Positions 25,290 through 38,194 of a stretch of 64,000 nt of DNA are shown here, piece by piece. Source of the DNA: the human T2T-CHM13v2.0 reference genome, Homo sapiens; the NCBI RefSeq assembly GCF_009914755.1, contig NC_060929.1. The stretch is one strand, 5' to 3'. The translations under genes and the position numbers were made by a program. The number at the start of each line of letters is the position of its first letter. Position 1 is the first letter of the stretch. Under the pieces are notes generated by a model that saw only the letters and a list, made by a program, of their open reading frames with translations, was not told where the DNA came from and did not search any database.

Positions 25290-27460
25290 TTTTTGTTTGG
25301 TTTTTACTATTTATTTATTTAAATTTTTATTTTCGGTTCAGAGGTACATGTGCAGGTTTGTTATACAGGTAAATGCATGTCACAGAGGTTTGAGGTACAG
25401 ATTATTTTGCCACCTAGGTACTAAGCCTAGTACCCAATAGTTTTTTTCTCTGCTCCTCTCCCTCCTCCAGGTCCCAGTGTGTGTTGTTCCCCTCTTTGTA
25501 TCCATGTGTTCCCATCATTTAGCTACCACTTGTAAGTGAGAACATGTGATACTTGGTTTTCTGTTCCTGCATTAGTATGCTAAGAGCTCTAGCTCCACCC
25601 ATGTTCCTGCAAAAGACATAATCTTGTTCTTTTTTACGGCTGCATGGTATTCCATGGTGTATATGTACCATATTTTCTTTATCCAGTCTTGCATTGATGG
25701 GCATTTAGGTTAATTTCATGTCTTTGCTATTGTGAATAGTGCTGCAATGAACATATGTGTGCATGTGTCTTTATGATAGAATAATTTATTTTGGGTGTAT
25801 CCCCAGCAATATTACTAGGTCAAATGGTAGTTCTGTTTTTGCCTCTTTGAGGAATCACCATAGTGCTTTCCACAACGGTTGAATTAATTTACACTCCCAC
25901 CAATAGTGTATAAGTGCTCCCTTTTCTCCACAACCTTGCCAACATCTGTTATTTTTTGACTTTTTAATAATAGCCATTCTGAGTGGTGTGGGATGGTATC
26001 TCATTGTGGTTTTGATTTGCATTTCTCTAATGAGCAGTAATATTGAGCTTTTTTTTCCATACGCTTGTTGGCTGCATGGATGTCTTCTTTTGAAAAGTGT
26101 CTATTCATGTCCTTTGCCCACTTTTTAATGGGGCTTTTTTTTTGTAAATATGTTTAAATTCCTTATAGATGCCAGATATTAGACCTTTGTCAGATGCATA
26201 GTTTGCAAATATTTTCTCCCATTCTATAGGTTGTCTGTTTACTCTGTTGATAGTTTCTTTTGCTGTGCCAGAGCTCTTTGGTTTAATATGATCCCATTTG
26301 TCAATCTTTGCTTTCATTGCAATTGCTTTTAGCATCTTAATCATGAAATCTTTGCCATTTCTTATGTCCAGAGGAGTATTGCCTAGGTTGTCTTCCAGGG
26401 TTTTTACAGTTTTGGGTTTTACATTTAAGTCTTTAATCTATCTTGAGTTGATTTTTATATATGATGTAAGGAAGAGCTCCAGTTTCAAGCTTCTGCTTAT
26501 CACTACCCAGTTATCCCAGCACCATTTATTGAATATAGAGTCCTTTTCTTATTGTTTGTTTTGACAAGTTTGTTGAAGATCATTTGCAGGTGTGCAGCCT
26601 TATTTCTGAGGTCTCTATTCTGTTCCATTGGTCTATGTGTTTGTTTCTGTACCAGTACCATGCTGTTTTGGTTACTGTAGCCCTGTAGTATAGTTTGAAG
26701 TCGGGTAGTGTGATGCCTCCTACCTTGTTCTTTTTGCTTAGGATTGCATTGGCGATTCGGGTTCTTTTTTGGTTCCATATGAATTTTAAAATAGTTTTTT
26801 CTAGTTTTATGAAGAATGTCATTGGTGCTTTGATAGGAATAACATTGAATCTGTAAATTGCTTTGGGCAGTGTGGCCATTTTAGTAATACTGATTCTTTC
26901 TGTCCATGAGCATGGAGTGTGATTCCATTTGTTTGTGTCATCTCTTATTTCTTTGAGCAATGTTTTATAATTCTTATTACAGAAATCTTTCGCCTCCCTG
27001 GTTAGCTGTATTCTTAGGTATTTTATTCTTTTTGTGACAATTTTGAATGGGATTGTGTTCCTAATTTGGCTCTCAGCTTGGCTGTTGTTGGTGTATAGGA
27101 ATGCTAGTGATTTTCTATCCTAAAACCTTGCTGAAGTTGTTTATCAGCTTAAGGAACTTTTGGGCCAAGACTATGGGGTTATCTAGATATAGAATCATGT
27201 AATCTAAAGACAGGGATAGTTTGAATCACTCTCTTCCTATCTGGATGTCCCTTATTTTTTTGTCTTGCCTGTTTGCTCTGGCAAGATTTCCAAGACTATG
27301 TTGAATAGCAGTGGTGAGAGAGGGCATCCTTGACTTATTCCAGTTCTAAAGGGGAATGGTTCCAGCTTTTGTCTGTTCAGTTTGGTGTTGGCTGTGGGTT
27401 TGTCATAGATGGCTCTTATTATTTTGAGGTATTTTCCTTTATGCCTAGTTTGTTGAGGAC
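25290..27460 (-). mobile_element. 5'-truncated L1PB/old L1PA (copy 2), ~2.2 kb, decayed ORF2
   Basis: ORFs 26580-26960 ([11 protein letters not shown]...[14 protein letters not shown]...[23 protein letters not shown]) and 26105-26344 ([11 protein letters not shown]...[17 protein letters not shown]) are L1 ORF2 pieces; the reading frame is broken by stops/indels. Confidence 0.95.
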
Positions 27461-28136
27461 TTCGAAACCATTTTTAAGTTTGTAGTTCAGTGATGTTAAG
27501 TATATTCACATGGACTTCCTACCTCCAGAACTTTTTATCTTCACAAACTGATAGTCTGTGCCCAGGAAACAATAACTTCCCTTTCCCCCTTTCCCTCAGA
27601 CACTGGTAACCACCATTCTATTTTCTGTCTCTGATTTGACTGTTCTGGGTACCTCACACAAGTGGAATCGTGTATTATTTACATTCCCATCAACAGTGAA
27701 CAAGGGTTCCAATTTCTCCACATCTTTGCTGCCACTTGTTTTCTCTTTTTTGACAGAAGTCACCTTAACGGTGTGAGTAAAAGATTTAGAAAACTTTTGC
27801 TTTGCGTATTCTTTGTGAACACAAGCATGTCTTTTGCGTATAAACCTCAGGTCATTAAATTAAGCATTAAGTGTGACTTTCTTTAATATTATATCATTAT
27901 CTAATGCCTACTTTAACTTACCACTCTGCTAAGTGGTGGAAAGGTAATCACAGTGATTATTCAGTGTCCCTTCCTTGCATCGAAGTTGTATGTAACTTCC
28001 AGAGAGTTCATAGTGCCAATGTGCCGGATGAGGTGGATGATGAGATGGGCATCTGTTCCTCACTGTTGTCCTATAGGGGCACTTGCTGAGATCTCCTCCT
28101 TTCCACCGTTGGGCACATGTGTTACTGCTAAGTCAC

Positions 28137-28400
28137 TGTGTCAGCCAGCATGATTAGTTGCAGATGACAGAATCTACTCCAGTAGTTTAAGCAGAAGAAG
28201 ATTTATTAGAAGGCTGGAAGTTGCACAGAATATCTGGGAAGGCCTGAGGACAGAATTTAAATGTCTCACTCCAAGAACAACACAGCCAGGAGAGACGCCA
28301 CCCACTGCAGGACTCACACAGTGGACACGCAGCATGGCCGATGATGCCTGCAGCCTGGCATGACAATTCAGGACTGGATACTATTACCTTCATCGCAGCT
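28137..28400 (-). mobile_element. Old MaLR LTR fragment (MLT1L/M/N-like)
   Basis: TGTGTCAGCCAGCATGATTAGTTGCAGATGACAGAATC...TTAAGCAGAAGAAGATTTATTAGAAGG. Confidence 0.5.
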
Positions 28401-28931
28401 GCTTTAAAAGGAGTGGACCTCTCCCCAGCCCTTCTGAAGACAGGATATATCCTCCCCACAAGGCCTTCTTTGGGCCCTGCCACGAATCTGGGGAAAGTAG
28501 GGTGTGCTTTGCAACCTACTTTATGGTAAAAGTAGGGAAACTATCAGGGAGTTTGAATAGGCAGCAGAGAGCAGACTACAGACGACATAATTTAAGGTTC
28601 CTGATTAAAGGCCGTTTATGCATCTTTGAGCTACTCCCAGGCAGACCCCTGGGGCCTTCTTGGGCTGTCTGTTGTGTCATACTGCATGGATCCCCTCTTC
28701 TGGATGTTGTTACCTCCCAAGGCTCTACCCGGAAAAACAGTTATGGTGCCCTCTGCTTTTAGGCCTGGGGTTTCCATCGTCTTCCCCACCCTGGGATTAG
28801 AGAGCCTCCCAAGAAGGACAGGGCACAAGAGCCTCCTGAGGGACCCTCTGCCATGAAACTCTCCTCTCTCCTGCCCCAACTTTCATACGCAGGGGTCTCT
28901 TGATCTTGTTTTGGTGGTGGGGATCTGGTTC

Positions 28932-29229
28932 TTTTTTATTTATTTTTTTTTTTGACAGGGTCTTGCTCTGTCACTCAGGCTAGATGGAGTACAGTGGCAC
29001 AATCATAGCTCACTGCAGTCTCGAACTCCTGGGCTCAAGTAATCCTCCTGCCTCAGCCTCTCGAGTAGCTGGAACTACAGGAGGGCCACCATGACCAGCT
29101 AATTCTTTATTTTTATTTTTTTGTAGTGATGGGATCTTGCTATGTTGCTCAGGCTGGTCTTGAACTCAAGCGATCCTTCCACTTCGGCCTCTCAAATGCT
29201 GAGATTATGGGCATGAGCCATGCCAGGCC
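28932..29229 (-). mobile_element. AluJ (Jo/Jr)
   Basis: ACAGGGTCTTGC, ATCATAGCTCACTGCAGTCTCGAACTCCTGGGCTCAAG, TATGTTGCTCAGGCTGG. Confidence 0.9.
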
Positions 29230-29589
29230 TAGTTCCTCTGTATCTATTCATTCTCCTAAATTTATTGTATTGTGTAGAATTTTGCAAGCTCCCCTGGGGG
29301 CCTCAGCTTTTAAAACTGAAAGGGCTTGCTTAGCTTTCCTTCTTGGAGGTACTAAGTACAACCTACTCACCCTGGCTGTTTGGGTGAGTGAGGGGACAAG
29401 GGCTATGAGGAAATGCAAGGACAAAAACCATCTAAGCACTTCAGCCTATTGTCCCGCTATGTCTAATGTGTCCTCTCTGTGTCTAGTTGGTCATCAACAC
29501 AATCTCATAGGTTTATACTCTTAGAACAGGAAGGAGGGGACAGTGACACTCCCTAGGGAGTGCAGAACGGGGGCCAGAGCAGGGGCCAG

Positions 29590-29770
29590 GCAGGTGCACA
29601 TGTCATCTCCAATCCTCACAAAACCCTGCAGGGCAGGTGTTGCTGCCTAATATCACAGATGGGAAAGACAAGACTCTGGGAGGTAAACTCATCTCATAGA
29701 GACTATGCTGTGACGGGGGGGAGCTGGCACTCTCTCATATCTTTCTAATTCCAAACCCGGAGCTTTTGCC
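29590..29770 (-). mobile_element. MIR
   Basis: AATCCTCACAAAACCCTGCAGGGCAGG...ACAGATGGGAAAG. Confidence 0.55.
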
Positions 29771-30304
29771 AACAGCTCTTTTGTGAATTCACTCATTTTG
29801 AACTTTCCATCATAAAGCAAGAATTCATCTTTTTTAACCATATCTGCCCTGTTGAAGTGGGAAGCCAGGAATGTTACACATTTAGTCTGAAGGCTAAATT
29901 TCTTTTTGCATTCTTTAGATAATTCTGATTTTCTGCTCATGCCCTTGGCAGGGGAAGACAGGAGCATAATTAGAACTGTGACATCTGAAGATAAAGGAAA
30001 GCTGTTTTTTTTCCCCCACCTGGGTCTGAGCTTGGTATTCTTCGATGTGGAAGCAATGGGGCTGATGGGGGAGGAGCGGAGAACAGTGAGATGCACCTGC
30101 TCATTGAGAGCTCTGCTGGCAGCCGGCATTCCTTTCTGCGTTCCAGCTGATCTGCATTCCTGAGCGTGTGGTGGCCATTGCTCATGTTCACCAATGACTG
30201 GCTCTCCTCCCCTTCCAGGTGCACAGAACATGGCATTTCTCAACCTCCTGCAGAGGGGCAGGGATGCTGGACCAGTTCCAGTCAATGAAATGTGGATGGA
30301 AGTG

Positions 30305-30604
30305 ATCGTAAATTGAAAACACTGTAAGTCAGAAATGCATTTAATCTACCTAATCCTAGCCTACCTTAAACTGCTCAGAACACTTACATTAGGCTCCAGT
30401 TGGGCAAAATCATCCCGCATAAAACCTATCTTATAATAACATGTTGGATATCTCGTGTAATTTATTGAATACTCTACTAAATATAAAAAACAAAATTGTT
30501 GTAGGGGCACTCGAAGTATGGTTTTTATTGAATGCGTATCACCTTTGCACCATTGTAAAGCCAAAAAATCATAAGTGGAACCATTATAAGCCGGGGACTG
30601 CCTG
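30305..30604 (+). mobile_element. MER47A/Tigger5-like DNA transposon, 5'-truncated
   Basis: GTAAGTCAGAAATGCATTTAAT...CTAGCCTACCTTAAA.TGCTCAGAACACTTACATTAG...CATTATAAGCCGGGGACTGCCTG followed by TA. Confidence 0.75.
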
Positions 30605-31937
30605 TAGATGGGGCCACGTTGGGAGGGGGTATTGGTGCTGTGTCCCAGTGACATGAAAGGAAAGCAAGGGTATTGCTGGGGAGGAGGATACACAGTCATG
30701 AGGAACCTAGAGAATGCCTATCTGCCTCTAGGCACAGCGGTGTGTGGGGTGTGAGAGAGAACAGCCTCCACTGGCAAGGGCCACAGAAGTCCTAACATTA
30801 TCAAGGCTAAAGGCCGTAATAACATTAGTCCCTGATGGCCCCAAGGTATATTATATGGTGGCTATCAGCACCGGTAGGGTTTAGGGAATCTTGCCAGGTG
30901 CAGGGAGATTTCTCAAACTCCCACTCAGTATCATTTCTGGATGTGGATCCTGCAGAGAAGAGGAGACCCCTAGGGAATGGACACCCCCCATCAATGCTGA
31001 TGGTTTCCTACAGAGGAAGTCTTGCAGAAAGCACGCTGGCTCCTTCTTCAAACCAAATTCTGGCAGATGCCAAAGCCCATGCCTTCCTCCACATTGTGTC
31101 AGCTCCTTGGTGAATAAACTCTGGTGGTTTATCCTGGGTTGTAAATTATCTTGCCAGGCACTCTTATCTAAGAGTTGAGTCCTGTGATTTCTTTCAAAGG
31201 ATCTATTGTTGAGATTTCTAATTTTCAAACATTCTTTCAGAAAGTTGATGGGGTATGATTGCCAAACAAAAGCTAACAAGAACTTATGGCGCCATCAGTT
31301 CAGGAAAGAAAATGTCAACGGCTGAACTTAGCCAATGACATCAACCCTACATTTTCACTTAACTAAAGAAAGAATATTTTTAGTCTTTCTGCTGCCTCTT
31401 GAAATTCTCTACTGATTTGACTTGGTGAAGGACATCTTGAAAATAGCAAGAACTGTTTATTGAAAACCTATACCGAGGACCTATATTAGTATCCACCAAA
31501 ATTTATTCTCTTCTTCCAGAGTAGTGGGGTTGAAACTGGGTCCACAGCTGCCCAACGGCCCAACAAATCTCTGTTCCCAGCATCCGCTGATGCTTCTCTT
31601 TGGGGCCTTAGGATCTTGGGATGCTTGCTCCATGCCTCAGCTCCAGCCACTCAGCCAACCACCCCAGAATGCCAGCAACCTGGCCCCTGGATTACCATGT
31701 AGACCAGAGCTGCTCTGTCATTTCAGCACTCTTCTGGGGCAAGAATAGACTTCTGTGTTCCTTCAGACTGTGAATGATTTTCCCTCTTTCTTACAGTAGC
31801 TCACTGCTCTTCCCAGTACCACCCCTGTGAGCTGGGCCATGTGCTGGGCATTTTGCAGATATTATCTCGTGGAACACTCACCAACTCTGTGAGGTAGGAT
31901 TAGTATTCTCTTTTACAGATGAGAAAATGGGTTAGGG

Positions 31938-32360
31938 CCCAAGTGTCCGTTGACCCATAGCGTGGAAAATGTGGTATACATACAAGGTGGAATACTACTC
32001 AGCCATTAAAAAGAATGAAATAATGTCTTGCAGCAACTTGGATAGAGCTGGAGGCCATTATTCTAAGTGAAGTAACTCAGGAATAGAAAACTAAATACCA
32101 TATGTTCTCACTTATAAATGGGAGCTAAGCTATGAGGACACAAATGCACACAGAGTGTATAATGGACTTTGGAAACTCAAAAGGGGGAGGGCGAGAGGGG
32201 CGTGAGGAGTAAGAACCTACATATTGGGTACAACGTACACTGCTCAGGTGACAGGTGCACTAAAATTTCAGAAATCGCTAGAATATAATTCATTCATGTA
32301 ACCAAAAGACTTTTGTACCCCAAAAGCGATTGAAATAAAAAAATTAAATTAATAAAAAAA
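31938..32360 (+). mobile_element. L1PB-like 3' end inserted into an antisense MIR (31820-32450)
   Basis: GGAATACTACTCAGCCATTAAAAAGAATGAAATAATGTC...AATAAA and A-rich tail. TSD AGAAAATGGGTTAGGG (31922-31937) / AGAAAATGGGTTGGGG (32360-32375). Confidence 0.9.
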
Positions 32361-32899
32361 GAAAATGGGTTGGGGGAGGAAATGTTACTAGTCCAAGGCC
32401 TTAGAGATAATAAGTGGTGGAGGCTGCCCCTGAGGCCCGGTCCTTGGTCCTTCCACACATCACACTGGGATAAACAAAGAAAAACAAACGCACACACAAA
32501 CTGGGAGGAAACAAAATACACAGCATCCTCCAAGCCTATCAAGGAAGGTCGGTTGCTCCAGGAGATCAGCATGCTGGGACCTATGTATGTCAGATAGCAT
32601 AATGGGCTGTTAAGAATGATTAGGCAGTTGCTGCTTTCCCCCCTCTGTGTCTTTGGCTACATACTTCCCTCCACTTGGAATTCATTCCCAAACCTCTTCA
32701 CCCTCCCAATCCTCCATTTCTTGCCCCCTGAAATCCTACGTACCTTTCAACATCCACTTTCTGATGTGGCTTTCCCATGAGATGACCTCAGAATTTGCTA
32801 CTGGAAGAGACCTTCAGTAGATATCTGTAAATTGAATGTTTCTTCAGTTCCCCCTTACCAGGTGCACCTGAATTTCCTGACTGTTGAAATTTAAGGGGG

Positions 32900-33250
32900 A
32901 TTGACTCCACAATTGAGTCCTTATTGGTTTTAGCCTGGCCACAGTGATGGATTCAAAATGAGCACACAACCCAACTCAGGCCAATCAGAGCCAATAGGAC
33001 TCAACTTTTTTGGTTCACATTGACTAATAAGGCAGATTTTCTTTTTACGTACTAGATTTGAATAAGGAAGCATGTGACCCAGGATATCACTGGTGGGCAT
33101 CTTGCCACCATGAGCCTATGGGGACTGCAACCATTCTGAGGAAGCAGAAATGTCAGATTCCATTTACATTGTTAGAGCAGCTGGATCACACCTCTCCTGA
33201 AGCCACTGAACCATTCAGTTATGGAAGCCACTCAGTTGTATTTATTGTGA
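32900..33250 (+). mobile_element. LTR16-family (ERVL) fragment
   Basis: CCTGGCCACAGTGATGGATTC...CCCAACTCAGGCCAATCAGAG...CATCTTGCCACCATGAG...CTGGATCACACCTCTCCTGAAGCC. Confidence 0.55.
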
Positions 33251-33550
33251 ATGGCTATAGTCTTCCTTCCCAACATTTTCCCTAACCTAATGGCCCAAAA
33301 CTTTTAGAAAGGAGGAACCTCTTTCCTTGGATAATTACCCTGGTCTGTTGGTTTTGGGTTCCCAGGATGTACACAGATGTCACTGAGAAATTTCTCCTTC
33401 CTATAGTATTTCTCTTGGGAAACAAAACCCATAAAGGGGATGTTAAAATGAAGTTCTGAGACTACAAATAATTCTGTAACAAAATATTTTTCTATAATTA
33501 CAACTTCTCTCAAAGGAACATGAAAAGCAAACAAAAAAAGGAAAAGAATG

Positions 33551-33632
33551 AATGGATCCTGTTAAATGAAGCAAGAGGTGGAGTGAAGTGAAATGGATTC
33601 TGTTAGATGAAGCAGGAGCTAGAGAGAAGTGA
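33551..33632. repeat. Diverged 41-bp tandem duplication
   Basis: AATGGATCCTGTTAAATGAAGCAAGAGGTGGAGTGAAGTGA vs AATGGATTCTGTTAGATGAAGCAGGAGCTAGAGAGAAGTGA (35/41). Confidence 0.85.
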
Positions 33633-34574
33633 ATTACTCTGCTTAATGGAGGGAGAAAATTTTTGAATTCTCAGAGCAGTTCAGGAAGACAATATGAAGA
33701 TGCAGGTGATATGGGAAAGAAGGTGTCAGCAGAAATTCTCTGTGGGTGGTAAGATGAGGTCGGTGGGAGAAGAGAAAGGGACATTTGTAAGCACCTCCCT
33801 CTGTTCCAGTCAGCACTCTTCATCTTCTTATCTTGGATAAAGCCTACTGCATCCATGGAATAGGTGCTAATAAATATTAATTAAATAAATGAATGGATCA
33901 ACAAACCAGCCAAAGTTACAAGGACTTTACAAATGCACATCAGGAAAAATAACTCTGAGGTTAGGCAAATTTCCAAGTGATAAACCTTAATGATGTCATT
34001 TTCAATAAGTGAGCTAGGGTGAAACCTGTGCCAATGCTATTCCCAAATATAGATAAATCTGCCTAAACTTACTCCCTTATCCCTCATGCCTCAGTGATAT
34101 GAAGATAGAATGAGAGAAAGATAATTGAAACTGACACAGAGTCTCTTTGCATAGAGAGTCCTGTGCGGCTGACTTTACCTAACAGGTCAGTTCTTATCTA
34201 GGGACTAGAGGAGAAACTGTGATCCCCCCAGGCCAGAGGCTGAGGGAAGTCTTGAAGCTTGAAGAATACAAAGCTGCAGAAGAAGGAACATAGTTTCCAA
34301 AACGAAAGTTAATTAAACTAATGCATTTATTCATTCATTCGATTGTTCATCCATTCTTCGCCAGTGTACCAGGTGTTCGTGAAACATACATTCATGGAGT
34401 GTGTAGTCTGGCGGGAGATAACAAGTAATTATAAAAATCAAAGGAAATTCCTTTCTTCCTTTTATAAAGTAAAGGAAATTAATTTTATAAAAACAAATAA
34501 TAAATGTCCAAAGAAGGATGTAGAAGTCCTCTGAAGTCTGGGGCATCAGGAAAGGCCTCCCCAAGGGACATGGG

Positions 34575-34844
34575 CAGGACCACGTCGCGATTTTAATGAG
34601 TGGTAAGCACTTTTGCTTCCATGGGCCTCTTCCTTTCTTAAACAAATTAACAAGTTATTTTATGGCTATATTGGTATGTTGGTGATAAAGACGAGTATAT
34701 TTCTGGCTGTATTCTTTATTATATATTCATTATGGTCCTATCGACATTTTTCTTTTTAAGATAAACTGAAATTGAAACACTTTATAGGCCCATGATATTT
34801 TTAGGGCATGGTGCCTCTGGCGCTTAATGAATATGCCGGCCCTG
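34575..34844. mobile_element. hAT-Tip100-type MITE (ORSL-like)
   Basis: Ends CAGGACC...CGGCCCTG, AT-rich core, 270 bp. 8-bp TSD GACATGGG (34567-34574) / GAAATGGG (34845-34852). Confidence 0.7.
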
Positions 34845-34957
34845 GAAATGGGTTTGGGCTCAGGTCCTAAGGAGCCAGACGAGGGTCACTCAAGAGCAGA
34901 GAACAGCCTGTACAATGGCTTTCATGGACACATCCTGGCAAGGCTGGGGTCTCATGG

Positions 34958-35045
34958 GCTGGGGGTGAAGAGGGGTGAGCTGGGGGTGAAGAGGGGTGAG
35001 CTGGGGGTGAAGAGGGGTGAGCTGGGGTTGAAGAGGGGTGAGCTG
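34958..35045. repeat. 21-bp G-rich minisatellite, ~4.2 copies
   Basis: GCTGGGGGTGAAGAGGGGTGA x4, with one G>T in copy 4. Confidence 0.95.
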
Positions 35046-35499
35046 AGGCAGGAAAGCACAAAGGGTCCACATTACGGGAACCAGGCTTACTTTTTAAGAT
35101 TCCTCTGGCTTTGCACCTGGCATGATCCTTCTCCCTTCAAGATCCACCTGGATGCTGCCTCCTCCACGGGCCATTCCCCAGTCTTCCCATCCTGGATGAC
35201 TCTCCTCTTCCTCCCCCAGCTCCCACATCCTCCATCTGTCCTGCCTAGGGCTGACATCTGTGCCCTAATCCCTCTTGCCAGGACTCTGGGTTTCACAGGA
35301 TAGGCACTCACTGCCCCAGCATACGTGGAGAGGGAGCTTCCTGGTTCCTCCTACAAGGGACATCTCCAGGTGTCAGAGAATGCCTGCAGCATGCAGCCTC
35401 TATTCCTGGTGCTGCCTTCCTCTATGGCGACGCCAATCTCAGTTGGAGTTTCCTTGTGTTGTGCTGAGAAGGCTCTCACAGCCTTGTCTCAGAAAAGAT

Positions 35500-35740
35500 T
35501 ACAAAATTGCATTTCTCTCACTCTGGGGGGTCATATGCCCATCCTGAGCCAATCATGGGGCTAGGTGATAGGGTGCTTTGTATGGCTAAATCTGGTCGTA
35601 TATGCACCTCTTATGCTAGGAGTGGAGTCAAGTTCACTCAAAGACCAGGGGCTGAGTAAGGGAAAGGATTTTTCCAAAAGAAGAGGGAGGTGCTGTTCCC
35701 AGCATAGGATTCATGAGTGAGTGGGCATAGCAAAAGATGA
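35500..35740 (-). mobile_element. MLT1K/L-like fragment
   Basis: GGGTCATATGCCCATCCTGAGCCAATCA...GATTTTCCAAAAG...GGTGCTGTT. Confidence 0.55.
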
Positions 35741-36944
35741 AGCCTACTCTGTACTCCCGCCGTCAGTGAGTGCCAGGAGTGGGGGACCATGTTACTCCTC
35801 TCGGATGCTTGGAGTAGTCATGGCAATGCCTTGTCCAAAGCCCAGACAATATTCCCAGTAGAGAAGGAACCACCTGCCAGGAAACCTCACCAGAACTAAA
35901 TCCGACTCCAACTACACCTTTCACCAGTGTGGTGACCAAAGATAAATCTTTTACAATCTCTTGGGGCTTTATTTCCCCCAGAGATGCTGATAGAGAGCTG
36001 GTTATAAGATAGCCTTCAGGGACACGCTGGGTGAATGTCCTCCCCCTCCATCCTCAGGGGGTACTGGTGTGTTCACCTTCACTACTAATGTTTGGATTCC
36101 CTGGAGTCAAGAATCATGTCGTATTTATCTCTAAACCTCAGTTTTCTTACCTGTGAAGTGGGGATAATTTCAACCTTGAAAGACAATTGGGAAAGGAAAA
36201 TAAAATCACGAATGCAAGGTGCTTATTGAAAAAAAAAAATGAATGAACCCAAAGCTGAAACACAGGTAAATTATGCTGTCAGTGTCAAGGAAGGATGAGG
36301 GAAGAAAAGAGGAGAGTGGAGGAAAGAGACATAATTCTTCCCCTTTTTGTTCTTCACAACAGCAAGCAAAGGCAGCCCCGCAGAGCTGCAGGCTCAGGAG
36401 GGCGGGAGAGCTGCTGGCAAAGCTGTTATTCCCAAGGCTGTTAATTGTGGGAGCGTTTGCTTCTCTCTCCATGGCATTTTTGGCTCTCAATTTAATATCC
36501 CCCCTTCCTTTTTGAGTAGTTTCAAATGTGTAAATATCTCAGAGAACGTTAAATCCTGAAAAGGGGGAGAAAGTGGAAGGAGAGGAAGGAAAGGCTGTGT
36601 GTAGGGGAGGAGAGGGTGTTGATACAACATTATAGAGCTTCAGTTGGAAAGGAAAAGAAGGAAAGAAGTGGGACATGGCCATGAGAAGAGAAGGCAGGCC
36701 AGCGAGAGTGGCCTTTGTGGCCAGCACCTATCCACCCAGCCCCCACATCCCTCTGGGCCAGCCCTGCAGGTGAGAGCTCTCGATTTGCCAGGCACCCTGC
36801 AAAGCTCTTTCAACCAATCTTGAATGAAATGTAAGGAGATGCTCACATTGTGCATGCAGTGAGGGGAGTTTCTCCTTATATTTTGCATCCTCAGCCCTCA
36901 CTCTCACCCCAGTCTGGGCCCCATTCATAAAAACCTTGGAGGAA

Positions 36945-37090
36945 GACAGGATTCCCATCTCCTCTTTACAGATGGGAAGGCTGAGGCACAGAGAGCCTGA
37001 GTAAGTGAACCAAGCTCACACAGGAGACGGATACCCAAGATTCAAAATCAGACCATCGGGATTCAGAGCCCACAGTTGCAAATCTTTACT
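36945..37090 (-). mobile_element. MIR
   Basis: CTTTACAGATGGGAAGGCTGAGGCACAGAGAG...CCAAGATTCAAA. Confidence 0.75.
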
Positions 37091-37482
37091 CTCATGCCTT
37101 GATATGCCCAGAGCACCCCGCCCCAAAACACCCAAAACAGAGCTTCTGGACCAGAAAGGCCTCAAACCCATTTCTTCCCCCTCTGTAACATTCTGCTACT
37201 GGCCCTCTGTTGCAGCCCACTCCCTCTCCCCTAATGGAGAGGGAGATACGGAGTGGGGAGGATGGGAGGGATCATCGGGAGACATGGGGCGGCCTTTCTG
37301 GGAGCCTTCTCCTGTCACCTGGCCAGTGCTCCACACTGAGGTCTTCAGTTCCAGCCCTGGGCTCCGGGCTCCCTCTCCTATGCTCCAGCTCCGTGGAGCA
37401 GACACAGACCTCAAATTTTACAGGACTTATTTGCCAGCTGGGGAGAAAGGGAAGCACTCTAAAACAGTGGCTTCTAAAACAA

Positions 37483-37905
37483 AGCAGTTTATTGAGATAT
37501 AATTCACACACCGTACCATGGATTCATTTAAAGTATAAAATTCGACAGCTTTTAGTGCATTCACGGAATTAACAATTCTCACCACAATCAATTTTAGAAC
37601 ATCCTCATACCCTAAAAAATACCCTGCCACTTAGCCATCTCCTCTCCACCTCCCAGCCCCTGTCAACTACTGATCTACTAATGTACTTTCTGTCTCCATA
37701 GATTTGCTTTTTATAGACATTTCATAGAAATGGAATCATATAACATGTGGTCCTTTGTGACTGGCCTCTTTCACTTGGCATGTTTTCAAAGTTCATCCTG
37801 CTGTAGCATGAATCAGTACTTTGCTCCTTTTTATGGCTGAATACTACTCCATCGCATGGATACACGCTTTAAAAAAAAGATGTATCAGTTGATGGATTTG
37901 GGGTG
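37483..37905 (-). mobile_element. L1MB-like 3' end
   Basis: CAGTTTATTGAGATATAATTCACACACC...CCACAATCAATTTTAGAACAT...GACATTTCATAGAAATGGAATCATA. Confidence 0.85.
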
Positions 37906-38194
37906 CTAGGTGGCTTTTTAAGGGATCAGACAATGCATACAGCTGGTAGGGGAAGAAAGACAGTAAAATGGTTTAATCCTAAAACAGCTTCAACTCCAAA
38001 TCTTCTGAGCTTAGTTAGGGAGCCCAGGACAGCTCCTTTGAGCAAATGCTACTGCACCAGTGACTAGCCCTACATTAGAGACAAGGACACGGAGTCCCAG
38101 GAAGGAACTTGTGCTCAAAGTCACCTAAGTGCCACAAAGCAGGAGAGAGCTGAGTTCTAGGCTTCCACACCTCTCAAAGCCAACTCAGCAAGAT

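Larger units (their letters stand above)
34325..35100 (-). mobile_element. L2 3' end interrupted by a hAT MITE and a minisatellite
   Basis: ATTTATTCATTCATTC...GTACCAGGTG...CATCAGGAAAGGCCTCCCCAAGG, continuing after 34852. Confidence 0.65.

Noticed and set aside
26105-26960. ORFs with real protein homology (L1 ORF2)
   Set aside because: They are broken pieces of a 5'-truncated L1 with no ORF1, endonuclease or promoter, so not a functional gene.
29689-30285. 198-aa minus-strand ORF
   Set aside because: It spans an LTR-like fragment and a MIR, has a non-ATG start and no domain.
34827-35303. 158-aa ORF with GVKRGEL repeats
   Set aside because: The periodicity simply reflects the in-frame 21-bp minisatellite.
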